Assembly: GCA_035297105.1 (NCBI GenBank)
Contig: DATGZO010000012.1
Span: 63,822 to 127,821, forward strand
Length of the DNA stretch: 64,000 nt
DNA from: Thermoplasmata archaeon
GTDB taxonomy: Archaea > Thermoplasmatota > Thermoplasmata > Lutacidiplasmatales > UBA184
Reading direction: 5' to 3'
Shown: piece after piece, positions 9,062-17,447 of the stretch
Position numbering within the stretch: position 1 is the stretch's first letter
Layout of the letters: every line of letters starts with the position of its first letter
Made by a program: the position numbers and the translations under genes
The notes under the pieces: generated by a model
The model's input: only the letters and a program-made list of their open reading frames with translations
Told to the model about the DNA's origin: nothing
Databases searched by the model: none

Positions 9062-9274
9062 GTGAGCGGATCGTCGCAGGAGAGCCACTGGGAGGCCGAA
9101 GTTCGCATGCTCCGCAAGGAGATCGAGGAACTGCGGAACGAGCAGCGGCAGATGGCCCAGGCGATCAACCAGCTGGTCACCACCTTCCGCAGCCTGGCGA
9201 CCCATCTGGGAATCGCGAGCGAGCCGTACGGCGGCAAGAAGGCGGACGACCGGGACCTTCGCGGGTTCGGCTAG
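9062..9274 (+). CDS. Small coiled-coil protein
   Basis: 70-aa ORF 'WEAEVRMLRKEIEELRNEQRQMAQAINQLVTTFRSL' with heptad-like pattern. Immediately precedes the M61 peptidase gene. Confidence 0.35.
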   Translation: MSGSSQESHWEAEVRMLRKEIEELRNEQRQMAQAINQLVTTFRSLATHLGIASEPYGGKKADDRDLRGFG

Positions 9275-9287
9275 GCTGGGGGCTCGG

Positions 9288-11066
9288 GTGCAGATCCGCT
9301 ATCGGGTCGACACGGTCGCCCACGAGGGGCACCGGGGTCGATTCACGGTCGAACTGAACGGGGTGACCGATGCCTCGGTCGACCTGGTGGTCCCCTCCTG
9401 GGTCCCGGGCTCCTACCATCTCGTGAACTACGTCCGCGGGTTCCGGAACGTGACGGCTCGCGCCGGCCCCGACGGAGCCCTTCTCCCGACCGAGCGCGTG
9501 GAGTCCAGCCGGTGGAGGATCACGACCGGCGGCCACGCGGAGGTTCGGGTGGACTACACCGTCTACGGTCACGAACTGATCACGGAGGCGTTCGATCTTA
9601 CGCCGGAGCATCTATTCCTCAACGCGGCCCTGTCGCTGCCCTACGTCGAGGGCCACCTGGAGGATCCGGTCGAGGTCGAACTCCACCTCCCGCCAGACTG
9701 GCGGGTCGTCACCGAACTCGAGGAGGTCCGATCCCGACCGCCGACCTACCGGGCCCGGAACTACGACGAGCTCGTCGACAACCCGATCGACGCGGGGCAC
9801 CCGGTCGTGTTGACGATCCGCCCCCACGGGATCCCCCACCGGATCGCGATCTGCGGGGAGGGGGGCAACTACGAGGCGCACCGATTGGAAGAGGACTTGG
9901 GGAAGATCGTCGACGCCGCGATCCGGCTCATGGGCGATTCCCCTCTCACGGGGTACACCTTCTTCGTCCACCTGACCGACGTCCCGGACGGGGGCCTGGA
10001 GCATGGCGCCTCGAACTCGTCGGTGGTCCACCGAACGACCTTCGAGCCGCGAGAGCGGTACGAGCGGTTCCTCGGGCTCGAGAGCCACGAGTACTTTCAC
10101 CTGTACAACGTCAAGCGGATCCGGCCGAAGGTCCTGGGCCCGTTCGACTACACTCGAGAGAATTACACCCGCCTGCTCTGGTGGATGGAGGGAACGACCG
10201 ACTACTTCTCGGACCTCGTCCTCCGACGGGCGGACCTGTTGTCCCCCACCCGGTTCCTCGAGGAGTCCGCCAAGATCGCGAAGCTCCTCTTGGAATCTCC
10301 CGGTCGCCGGTTGCTCTCGCTGGAAGAGCTCTCGCAGATCACCTGGGTCGACTACTACAAACCGTACGAGGAATCCCCGAACCAATCGGTCTCGTACTAC
10401 ACCAAGGGCTACGTGGTCTCCCTCTGCCTCGACCTCGAGATCCGGCACCGGAGCGAGACGCGCGCCTCGATCGAGTCGGTCATGCGCCTCCTCTGGAAGG
10501 AGTACGGTCAGCCGGGGCGAGGGCTTGCGGAGGGCGAGCTCCAGCCGGTCGCCGAGCGGGCCACGGGTCTGGAGCTCGGCGAGTTCTTCGACCGGTACGT
10601 CCGGGGGACGGCCGAGCTCGACCTCGACCACTTCGCGGGGTACGCGGGCCTCACGTTCGGACCGAAACCGAAGCCCTCGGACGACCCGAGCCCCGAGGCG
10701 GGCTACCTGGGGATCCGCCACCGCGACGTGGGGGGTTTCGTGAAGGTCACGCACGTCCTCCTGGACACGCCCGCGCACCGGGCGGGGGTGAGCCCCGGCG
10801 ACGAGATCGTCGCCGTGAACGGCAACAAGGTCGCGGCCTCCTCCTTCGTGAAGGACCTCGAGGCGTACCCGCCCGGCACGCCCCTCGACCTCGCGGTCTT
10901 CCGACGGGGGTTCCTGCGCCACATTCCGCTGACCTCGGGGTCCCCTCCGCCCGAGAAGTACCGGTTCGCGTCGCTCGAAACGACCACCGACCTCGGAAAG
11001 AAGGTCTACCAGGCCTGGATCGGGGTCCCCTGGGAGCCCGCGAAGCCGGCCGCTACGAACCGGTAG
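9288..11066 (+). CDS. M61-family glycyl aminopeptidase with C-terminal PDZ domain
   Basis: Zinc motif 'HEYFHLYNV' (HExxH) plus downstream Glu. C-terminal 'GYLGI...VSPGDEIVAVNGNKV' PDZ-like. Confidence 0.7.
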   Translation: MQIRYRVDTVAHEGHRGRFTVELNGVTDASVDLVVPSWVPGSYHLVNYVRGFRNVTARAGPDGALLPTERVESSRWRITTGGHAEVRVDYTVYGHELITEAFDLTPEHLFLNAALSLPYVEGHLEDPVEVELHLPPDWRVVTELEEVRSRPPTYRARNYDELVDNPIDAGHPVVLTIRPHGIPHRIAICGEGGNYEAHRLEEDLGKIVDAAIRLMGDSPLTGYTFFVHLTDVPDGGLEHGASNSSVVHRTTFEPRERYERFLGLESHEYFHLYNVKRIRPKVLGPFDYTRENYTRLLWWMEGTTDYFSDLVLRRADLLSPTRFLEESAKIAKLLLESPGRRLLSLEELSQITWVDYYKPYEESPNQSVSYYTKGYVVSLCLDLEIRHRSETRASIESVMRLLWKEYGQPGRGLAEGELQPVAERATGLELGEFFDRYVRGTAELDLDHFAGYAGLTFGPKPKPSDDPSPEAGYLGIRHRDVGGFVKVTHVLLDTPAHRAGVSPGDEIVAVNGNKVAASSFVKDLEAYPPGTPLDLAVFRRGFLRHIPLTSGSPPPEKYRFASLETTTDLGKKVYQAWIGVPWEPAKPAATNR

Positions 11067-12060
11067 ACGGGACCGGGGAATCCGGGAGCGGGACCGCCTT
11101 GCGGCCGTACCGCCACTCGCCCTCCATCGGATAGAGCCGGCGAAGGCGCGTCCCGATTCGGGCGTCGATCCCGATCTCGCCGGGCGCGGCGTCCGCCACC
11201 TGCAGCGTCAACCGCACGCCCGGCGCGAACTCGGCGAGGACGACGGAATACTCCCCGAGCGCGTCGACCTGGGCGTCGAACTCCGTCGGTTGGCCTCCCT
11301 TCCCGATCGTTGTGACGGCGACCACCCATGCGCCGTCGCGGGGGAGGGTTTCGACCGTGAGCGACTCCTCGATCCCACAGGACCGACACCGGTTCCGCGC
11401 GGGGAAGGTGAGGGAGCCACACCGCCCGCACCGTTGCCCCTCGAGCCTCCATCGGCTCGGCAGGTTCTCGAGATACCGGGCCCGGGGGACGTAGGCCCCT
11501 TCCGAGAGGCCTCCCAGTGGGGCCTCGACCCACGCGCGGGCGCGGGCTTCCGCAGGAGGGGCCAGGCGGACGGGGGTGGTACTCTCCGCGACGGCCGAGG
11601 AAGGCAGTCCTCGGAGGAGGTCGCGCACCACGCCCGCGACTCCCTGGCCCGACAGCGGGGGGATGCCGGCCGACCCACCCGTCGACCCGAACCGAAGGGC
11701 CACGGCCGACGGCCCGCCCTCCGGCCGGTCCGGGAGGTCTACGGCCACGAGGAGGGCGGGACCCGAAGCTCCGGCCGCCGACAGCGCCGCGAGCGTCTCC
11801 CGGAGACCGGCGATCCCCGGCGGGTGCGGGACGACTCCGACCGGGTGGCCGAGGAGGGCGGCGAACCCCCACTCCACCACGGGCGGGAACGTCCCGACCA
11901 GATGGACCGAGATCGGTGGGGGAAGTCGGGCGGAGACCGTCGCCAGGCCCTCGAGCGCGGTCGCCGCCATCGTGAACGCATCTTCGTCCGGGCCGCCGAC
12001 CGCCCGTCCATCCCGGCGGAATCCGGGAACGTAGACCGCGCCCCGCTCGAGACCGGCCAT
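11053..12060 (-). CDS. DUF35 (Zn-ribbon + OB-fold) thiolase-partner protein with an N-terminal cysteine-free HMG-CoA-synthase-like remnant
   Basis: C-terminal 'CGRCGSLTFPARNRCRSCG' rubredoxin-like ribbon followed by an OB-fold-like region (DUF35). N-terminal 'AVYVPGFRRDGRAV...GPDEDAFTMAATALEGL' resembles the HMGCS N-terminus, but the first ~190 aa contain no Cys. Confidence 0.55.
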   Translation of the reverse strand: MAGLERGAVYVPGFRRDGRAVGGPDEDAFTMAATALEGLATVSARLPPPISVHLVGTFPPVVEWGFAALLGHPVGVVPHPPGIAGLRETLAALSAAGASGPALLVAVDLPDRPEGGPSAVALRFGSTGGSAGIPPLSGQGVAGVVRDLLRGLPSSAVAESTTPVRLAPPAEARARAWVEAPLGGLSEGAYVPRARYLENLPSRWRLEGQRCGRCGSLTFPARNRCRSCGIEESLTVETLPRDGAWVVAVTTIGKGGQPTEFDAQVDALGEYSVVLAEFAPGVRLTLQVADAAPGEIGIDARIGTRLRRLYPMEGEWRYGRKAVPLPDSPVPSTGS

Positions 12061-12064
12061 CGTT

Positions 12065-13237
12065 CTACCCCCGCGAGAAGAGGGTCACGGTCGCGGTCGC
12101 GCCCGCCCCCCCGACGTTGTGAGCGAGGGCCGTCTCGGCGCCCGGGACCTGGCGGCCCCCCGCCGCGGCTCGCAACTGGAGGAAGATCTCGTAGGCCTGA
12201 CTGACTCCCGTGGCTCCGATCGGATGCCCTTTGGCCTTGAGCCCGCCGTCGGGATTGACCGGTAGGCGTCCTCCGGCGCGGGTGGCTCCCGAGAGGGTCA
12301 GGTCGACCGCTCCGCCGGGCCCGACGAAACCGAGGTCCTCCAGCGCAAGGAGCTCGGCGATCGTGAAACAGTCATGGACCTCCAATAGATGGATCCGGTC
12401 GCGGGCGAGCTCGGCGTCGCGGAACGCCTCTTCCGCGGCCCGTTGCGTCGCGGTGAAGCGGGTGAGGTCGGGGCGCTCCTGTACGGCCAGACGGTCGCTG
12501 CCCGCCCCCAGCCCGTCGATGTAGACGGGCGTGTCCGTGAACTCCCGGGCCCGGTCCGCGCGCGCGAGGAGGAGGGCTGCCGCGCCGTCGCTGACCGGGC
12601 AGCAATCGAAGAGGCCGAGCGGGTCGGCGACGCGGGTCGCTCGGAGGACGTCCTCCCGCAGGATCCGCTTCTGGAAGTGGGCGTTCGGGTTCCGGCTTCC
12701 GTTCTCGTGGTTCTTGACCGCCACCTCGGCGAGGGCGTCCCGGGCCGACGGGTACCGGTGCACGTAGTCCGAGGCGATGAGCCCGTAGACCCCGGCGAAG
12801 GTCAGACCCGCGAGGCGCTCCCATTCGGTGTCGCCCGAGACCCCGAGCCAGTACCGACGCCGAGGGGCCCGTAGGTCCGTCATCTTCTCGACCCCCGCGA
12901 CGAGGACGAGGTCGGTGCGTCCCTCTTCCAGGGCCCGCACTCCTGCCCGGAGAGCGAACCCGCCCGAGGCGCACGCGTTCTCGACCCGCGTTGTGGGCAC
13001 TCCGACGAGCCCGGCTTCCTCATCCAGGACGGCCGACGCGTTCCCGATCTGCCAGCCCCCGAAACCGAGCGTCGCGAGGAACGCTTCCCCGACTCGCCGA
13101 CGCTCCGCACCCCGGTCTACGCTCGCGAACGCCCCGTCGACCGCGTTCCGAAGGAGGGTCCGCGGACCGGCGTCGAGGACCCCGAACCGGGTGTGGCCGG
13201 CCCCTACGATCGCTGCCCGGTGCCCCAACGTGCCCAC
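12065..13237 (-). CDS. Thiolase (acetyl-CoA C-acetyltransferase, archaeal type)
   Basis: 'AAIVGAGHTRFG', 'VENACASGGFAL' (active-site Cys), C-terminal 'GHPIGATG' and 'NVGGAG' motifs. GTG start. Directly upstream of the DUF35 gene. Confidence 0.8.
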   Translation of the reverse strand: MGTLGHRAAIVGAGHTRFGVLDAGPRTLLRNAVDGAFASVDRGAERRRVGEAFLATLGFGGWQIGNASAVLDEEAGLVGVPTTRVENACASGGFALRAGVRALEEGRTDLVLVAGVEKMTDLRAPRRRYWLGVSGDTEWERLAGLTFAGVYGLIASDYVHRYPSARDALAEVAVKNHENGSRNPNAHFQKRILREDVLRATRVADPLGLFDCCPVSDGAAALLLARADRAREFTDTPVYIDGLGAGSDRLAVQERPDLTRFTATQRAAEEAFRDAELARDRIHLLEVHDCFTIAELLALEDLGFVGPGGAVDLTLSGATRAGGRLPVNPDGGLKAKGHPIGATGVSQAYEIFLQLRAAAGGRQVPGAETALAHNVGGAGATATVTLFSRG

Positions 13238-13291
13238 CCGAGAATCGTCTTATCGGACGAGTCGCTCGCGCAGATAACGCTGGGGCATCTC

Positions 13292-13867
13292 GTGGTCGAA
13301 TCACCGCCCATCGTCGTCGGGGTCTCGGGAGCGAGCGGCGCCCCGATCGCCGTGCGGGTGCTCGAAGCCCTGCATGCAGCGGACGTCCCGGTCGCCCTGG
13401 TCCTCTCCGATGGGGCCCGGGCGGTCCTCCAGGAGGAGAGCCAGCGCACCCCCGATGACCTGGGAACGCTCGCCACGGTCGTCTACTCGGACCACGACCT
13501 CGGGGCGCCGATCGCGAGCGGCTCCCGGCCGACCCGGGGGATGGTCGTGGTCCCCTGCTCGGCGAACACGGCCGCCAAGATCGCCCTCGGCTTGTGCGAC
13601 ACGCTGCTCACCCGAGCGGCCCACGTTCACCTGAAGGAACGCCGTCGCCTCATCGTCGTCCCTCGCGAGACGCCGCTCCCCACGACGTTGCTCCGCCACC
13701 TGACGACCTTGAGCGAGCTCGGCGTGGTCGTGCTGGACGCTGCGCCCCCGTACTACCTGCATCCGCGCTCGATCGACGACCTCACCGGATACCTGGCCGG
13801 GAAAGTGCTCGACCACCTGGGCGTCCCCCACCATCTGTACCACGGTTGGAAGGCGGACGAACCATGA
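13292..13867 (+). CDS. ubiX: Flavin prenyltransferase UbiX
   Basis: 'IVVGVSGASGAPIAVRVLEAL', 'MVVVPCSANTAAKIALGLCDTLLTRAA', 'LIVVPRETPL' are typical UbiX/Pad1 motifs. In-frame GTG at 13292 avoids overlap with the thiolase start; an upstream ATG at 13193 is the alternative. Confidence 0.75.
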   Translation: MVESPPIVVGVSGASGAPIAVRVLEALHAADVPVALVLSDGARAVLQEESQRTPDDLGTLATVVYSDHDLGAPIASGSRPTRGMVVVPCSANTAAKIALGLCDTLLTRAAHVHLKERRRLIVVPRETPLPTTLLRHLTTLSELGVVVLDAAPPYYLHPRSIDDLTGYLAGKVLDHLGVPHHLYHGWKADEP

Positions 13868-14427
13868 CGCGGCGCGAAACGGTCTCCCGCCTCGTGCCGG
13901 CGCCTCTCGCCGGGATCACCCTCCTCCTGGTCGTCGTGATCCTCCTCACCCCGGTGCTGGACTCGAATGGACCCCCCATCGCCGGGACCCTCCAAACGCA
14001 GGCGGAGCTGATCGTCGACCGGGTTCCCGGCGACAACACCACCCATTTCTACGTTCGAGGAGTCGGAACCACCACGCGCTACACCCACATGTCCATCCAG
14101 GTGGCCACGGGGTTCAACTGGACCGGGTCGTTCCCCTTGGGCCGTCTCACTTGGACGAACGGAACGAACGGAAGTGATGTCCTCACGATCGTATGGGCAA
14201 CGACCGACAGCGTGGTCGCCCTCAACATCTCCGCGCTGTATCAGGCGTACGGCGCCAGCGCGCGTTACGTGGGCGTGATCGCGTTCGAGTTCACGTCCCT
14301 CTCCGACTCGTCGGGCGGGACCCTCAACTCGGTCACCGCGACCCCCGGCCTCGCCGGGACCGGGCAAACCAGCGTCTCCCGCCTCCCGCTCATCCTGCAG
14401 CTCGTGAACTTGGGAGGCGGCCCGTGA
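13864..14427 (+). CDS. Secreted or membrane-anchored protein with multiple N-glycosylation sequons
   Basis: ATG overlaps the ubiX stop (ATGA). N-terminal TM/signal 'LAGITLLLVVVILLTPVL'. Several NxS/T sequons (NTT, NWT, NGT, NGS, NIS). Confidence 0.45.
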   Translation: MTRRETVSRLVPAPLAGITLLLVVVILLTPVLDSNGPPIAGTLQTQAELIVDRVPGDNTTHFYVRGVGTTTRYTHMSIQVATGFNWTGSFPLGRLTWTNGTNGSDVLTIVWATTDSVVALNISALYQAYGASARYVGVIAFEFTSLSDSSGGTLNSVTATPGLAGTGQTSVSRLPLILQLVNLGGGP

Positions 14428-14783
14428 GGACCTCCCGCCTGGTGATGATCGCGTGGGCCGTCCTGATCGGGCTCCTCCTGATCGTCGAACTCGCCGAAAT
14501 CACCCACCTGTTCACCCTCCCCGTGGAGTCCGCGGTCGGTGACCCGCTCGTCTTCGTCCTCGCGCTCGTCTTCACGACCATCGTCGCGCTCGTCGGCGCC
14601 ATCTTCATCGGGATCTACATCTCGGCCCGGATCCTCTCCCCGTCCGGCTTCACCCCGTTCGAGGAAGAGATGCTCCGCATGCGCACCGATCTCTCTGACG
14701 TGAAGGCCGCGGTCGAGGAGCTCCGGCGGGGATCGAACCCCGACCCCTCCGTACAGACCGCCGAGAAGGAGGAGGACCCCTGA
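14424..14783 (+). CDS. Small membrane protein (two TM helices, acidic C-terminal tail)
   Basis: GTG overlaps the preceding stop (GTGA). 'MIAWAVLIGLLLIVELAEI' and 'LVFVLALVFTTIVALVGAIFIGIYI' are hydrophobic. Confidence 0.4.
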   Translation: MRTSRLVMIAWAVLIGLLLIVELAEITHLFTLPVESAVGDPLVFVLALVFTTIVALVGAIFIGIYISARILSPSGFTPFEEEMLRMRTDLSDVKAAVEELRRGSNPDPSVQTAEKEEDP

Positions 14784-15343
14784 GGATCCTCGTCATCGAC
14801 AACGGAGGTCAGTGGACCCACCGAGAGTGGCGCGTCCTCCGCGACTTGGACGTCGAGACCGCGATCGTTCCGAACACGACGCCGCGGGCCCAGCTCGCGG
14901 CGGACGGGATCGTCCTCTCGGGCGGCGCGCTCAGCCTGGAAGGGAGCGATACCCCCCTCGGCGCCGTCGCCGAGTGGATCGATACCATCGACGTGCCGGT
15001 CCTCGGGATCTGCGTCGGGCACCAGTTTCTCGGCCGGCATTTCGGTGCCCGGGTGGTCCGGGGCGACCCGGAGTTCGGGGCGACCGAGGTCACGGTGGAC
15101 CGCCCGGACCACCCGATCTTCGAGGGTCTGCCCACCCATCTCAAGGTCTGGTCGAACCACAACGACCACGTGACGGTCCCGCCACCGGGCTGGGCGGCCC
15201 TCGCGCACTCCACGTCGTGCCCGGTCCAGGCGATGGCCCACCCGACGCGCCCGATCTGGGGCATCCAGTTCCACCCCGAGGTCGAGCACACGGACGGCGG
15301 TCGGGAGATTTTCCGCCACTTCATCGCGGCGTGCCGACGCTGA
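14780..15343 (+). CDS. guaA-A: GMP synthase (glutamine-hydrolysing) subunit A / class-I glutamine amidotransferase; no canonical start codon upstream of the conserved N-terminus
   Basis: 'RILVIDNGGQWTHREWRVLRDLDVE' matches the archaeal GuaA-A N-terminus. Catalytic 'LGICVGHQ' and 'HPEV' present. The frame has no ATG/GTG/TTG between the in-frame stop at 14696-14698 and the TTG at 14846, so the start was placed at the CTG at 14780 (uncertain). Confidence 0.6.
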   Translation: MRILVIDNGGQWTHREWRVLRDLDVETAIVPNTTPRAQLAADGIVLSGGALSLEGSDTPLGAVAEWIDTIDVPVLGICVGHQFLGRHFGARVVRGDPEFGATEVTVDRPDHPIFEGLPTHLKVWSNHNDHVTVPPPGWAALAHSTSCPVQAMAHPTRPIWGIQFHPEVEHTDGGREIFRHFIAACRR

Positions 15344-15394
15344 CCGCCCCCCTCGGGAATAAGTAGACCCCCTCGCTCCGCACGATGGGTCTCG

Positions 15395-16948
15395 ATGGCA
15401 CGGATACGACGGGCGTCCGGAGTACGGGAGCACGACCTCGTCGCGCGGGCGAAGGTCCTCAGGGAGTCGGTCGACTCCCTCCTGCCCCGCCTGACGGGGG
15501 ACGCACCGCACGACCGGTTCGACCGCCTGCGGGCCGACCTCGAGGAGATACGGGAGGCCCGGGACGATTCCCGGCGGCTCGAGAAGCTCGCCCGACGGGG
15601 CGATTCCATCCCGCGCGCGTACGCGGGACTGCTCGCGTTCTACCTGGACCCGAAGACACCCACGGTCGTTGCGTTCCCCCTCCCCAGCGGGGACGTCTCC
15701 TTCGCGGCCCTCTCGAAGGCGGACCGGGAGGCGGAGGTCGCCGTCCAGCAGTCCGACGACCCGAGCCGACTCCTCCTCGGGTACATGGAGTGGGCCCGGA
15801 AGGGCCTCCACTTCTACGCCTCCCGCAAGGCGCTCTGGTGCACGGGCCGCTCCGCCCGGCCGCCCGGGGAGGTCCTCGCGGAGCGGATCGCCGAGCTCCC
15901 GTACCGCACGGTCCCCGACGAGGGTGGGCGGGTGCTCGCCTGCCCCCATCTCGCCGCCCACGAGGCCCGCCCGTACCTCGAGGTCGGGTGGCCCGGAGCG
16001 GAGCGCGCCTTCCGGATCTGTCGGAGGTGCGCGAAGGACGACCGGCACCTCCTGAGCGTCCTCTCCGATGATGCGGCCGTCCCGGACCCGGCGTCCGCCT
16101 TTCCGGTCGAGGTCGAGCTGAACGTGGAGTGCCGGGGCGGACCCGAATGCGTGCACGCCGACCTCCCGTCGCTCCCGAAGCGGCTCCGTCGCGACTACGA
16201 GTTCGGTCGGCTCTCCGACGCGGCCCTGCTCGATGCGTACCGCACGGAGATCCGACCCACCATCGAGGGAACCCGCCGCACGACGCTGGTCGCAGGAGGG
16301 ATCTGCTACGGGGACCGGATGACGGAGTTCCTGGACGCGCTGCACCCGACCGCGGTCGAGCGCCGGGCGCTCGAGGCCGCGCTCGCGGACTTGCGCGGCT
16401 ATTTCGAGGTCGACGAACCGGCCGCGAGCCGGGCCTTGGAACGCCTCTGGCCCCAGCACGCGGAGGAGATCGTCGGCGCCATCACGGAGGACGAGGCCGA
16501 GGCCCGGCGCGCCCTCCAGGAAGCGCGCGATGCACCGGGACGGATCGCCGAGATCCTGAAGCGGGCGCAGCGACGCGGCGAGGAACGGGAGCTACTGGAA
16601 GCCCTGCCGCGCTACAGCCGCCTGACCAGCGAGGCCGCGTGGGTCGACCGCGTGGCCCGGGCCTACCGGACGCACCGCGAGGCGGGCGCGGAGCGCACGC
16701 TGCTCCAGACGCTCCCTCGAGAAGGAAAGGAGCGGGGACTGGCCTACGCGTTCCTTCTCGCTCTCGGACGGGCCGCCTCCCATGCGTGGCAGTTCACGCC
16801 CACGGAACAGGAGTTCGGCTCGTCCCTCGCCGGACCGGCGCGGACCCTGCTGGACTCCGCCGCGCCCGCGTACCACGACGCGCTGGACGCGCTCCTGCGG
16901 ACCGCCGGCGTCGCGGACTGGGGTTCCCGGGAGACGGCCTCGGTGTAA
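15395..16948 (+). CDS. Hypothetical 517-aa protein with central Cys/His cluster
   Basis: 'CPHLAAHEARPYLEVGWPGAERAFRICRRCAKDD' and 'ECRGGPECVH' suggest metal binding. No family recognised. Confidence 0.4.
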   Translation: MARIRRASGVREHDLVARAKVLRESVDSLLPRLTGDAPHDRFDRLRADLEEIREARDDSRRLEKLARRGDSIPRAYAGLLAFYLDPKTPTVVAFPLPSGDVSFAALSKADREAEVAVQQSDDPSRLLLGYMEWARKGLHFYASRKALWCTGRSARPPGEVLAERIAELPYRTVPDEGGRVLACPHLAAHEARPYLEVGWPGAERAFRICRRCAKDDRHLLSVLSDDAAVPDPASAFPVEVELNVECRGGPECVHADLPSLPKRLRRDYEFGRLSDAALLDAYRTEIRPTIEGTRRTTLVAGGICYGDRMTEFLDALHPTAVERRALEAALADLRGYFEVDEPAASRALERLWPQHAEEIVGAITEDEAEARRALQEARDAPGRIAEILKRAQRRGEERELLEALPRYSRLTSEAAWVDRVARAYRTHREAGAERTLLQTLPREGKERGLAYAFLLALGRAASHAWQFTPTEQEFGSSLAGPARTLLDSAAPAYHDALDALLRTAGVADWGSRETASV

Positions 16949-17026
16949 CCGAGAAATCTCTCCCCCGGCCGGCGGACAAAAGGTATCTATTCTCGACCAC
17001 GGTGCGGTCCGGAGGCGACGCCCCGG

Positions 17027-17443
17027 GTGGGAGGGTTTCCCCCGGACGAGGCGTTCAGATTGAGCGGAGGAGAGGTGGTTCCGAGCACGGCCATCGTCGT
17101 GGCCGGCGACGAGGAGACCCGGGTACTCCTTCGGGGGCTGCTCCGTCTCCATCACTTCCGAGTGGATGGCGAAGCCGAGGGTTCGACCGAGGCGCTCGAG
17201 CTGATCCGCCACCATCGCCCCGGCCTCCTGGTCGTCGACGTCAACCTGGCAGAAGGAAGCGCGACCCCGTTGCTCGCGGAGGCCCGGACGGCCGTCCCCG
17301 GGATCCGTACCATCCTGGTCGCCCCCTCCTCCCGACCCCCGCCCGCGGGGTCGAGCGCGTCGGTCGATGTCGTCCTGCTCCGGCCGTTTAGGATCCGCCA
17401 GTTCGCCGAGGCGCTGACCCCGAATCCCACCGGAACGCACTAG
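17027..17443 (+). CDS. Orphan response-regulator receiver-domain protein (CheY-like)
   Basis: 'AIVVAGDEETRVLLRGLLRL...GLLVVDVNLAEGSATPLL' has the acidic pocket and phospho-acceptor Asp (VVDVNL) pattern. No histidine kinase in the window. Confidence 0.55.
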   Translation: MGGFPPDEAFRLSGGEVVPSTAIVVAGDEETRVLLRGLLRLHHFRVDGEAEGSTEALELIRHHRPGLLVVDVNLAEGSATPLLAEARTAVPGIRTILVAPSSRPPPAGSSASVDVVLLRPFRIRQFAEALTPNPTGTH

Positions 17444-17447
17444 CCCT

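Noticed and set aside
9512-11134. 540-aa plus-strand ORF inside the M61 peptidase gene
   Set aside because: Alternative frame of a gene with clear HExxH and PDZ motifs. The translation is Arg/Pro/Gly-rich and looks like noise.
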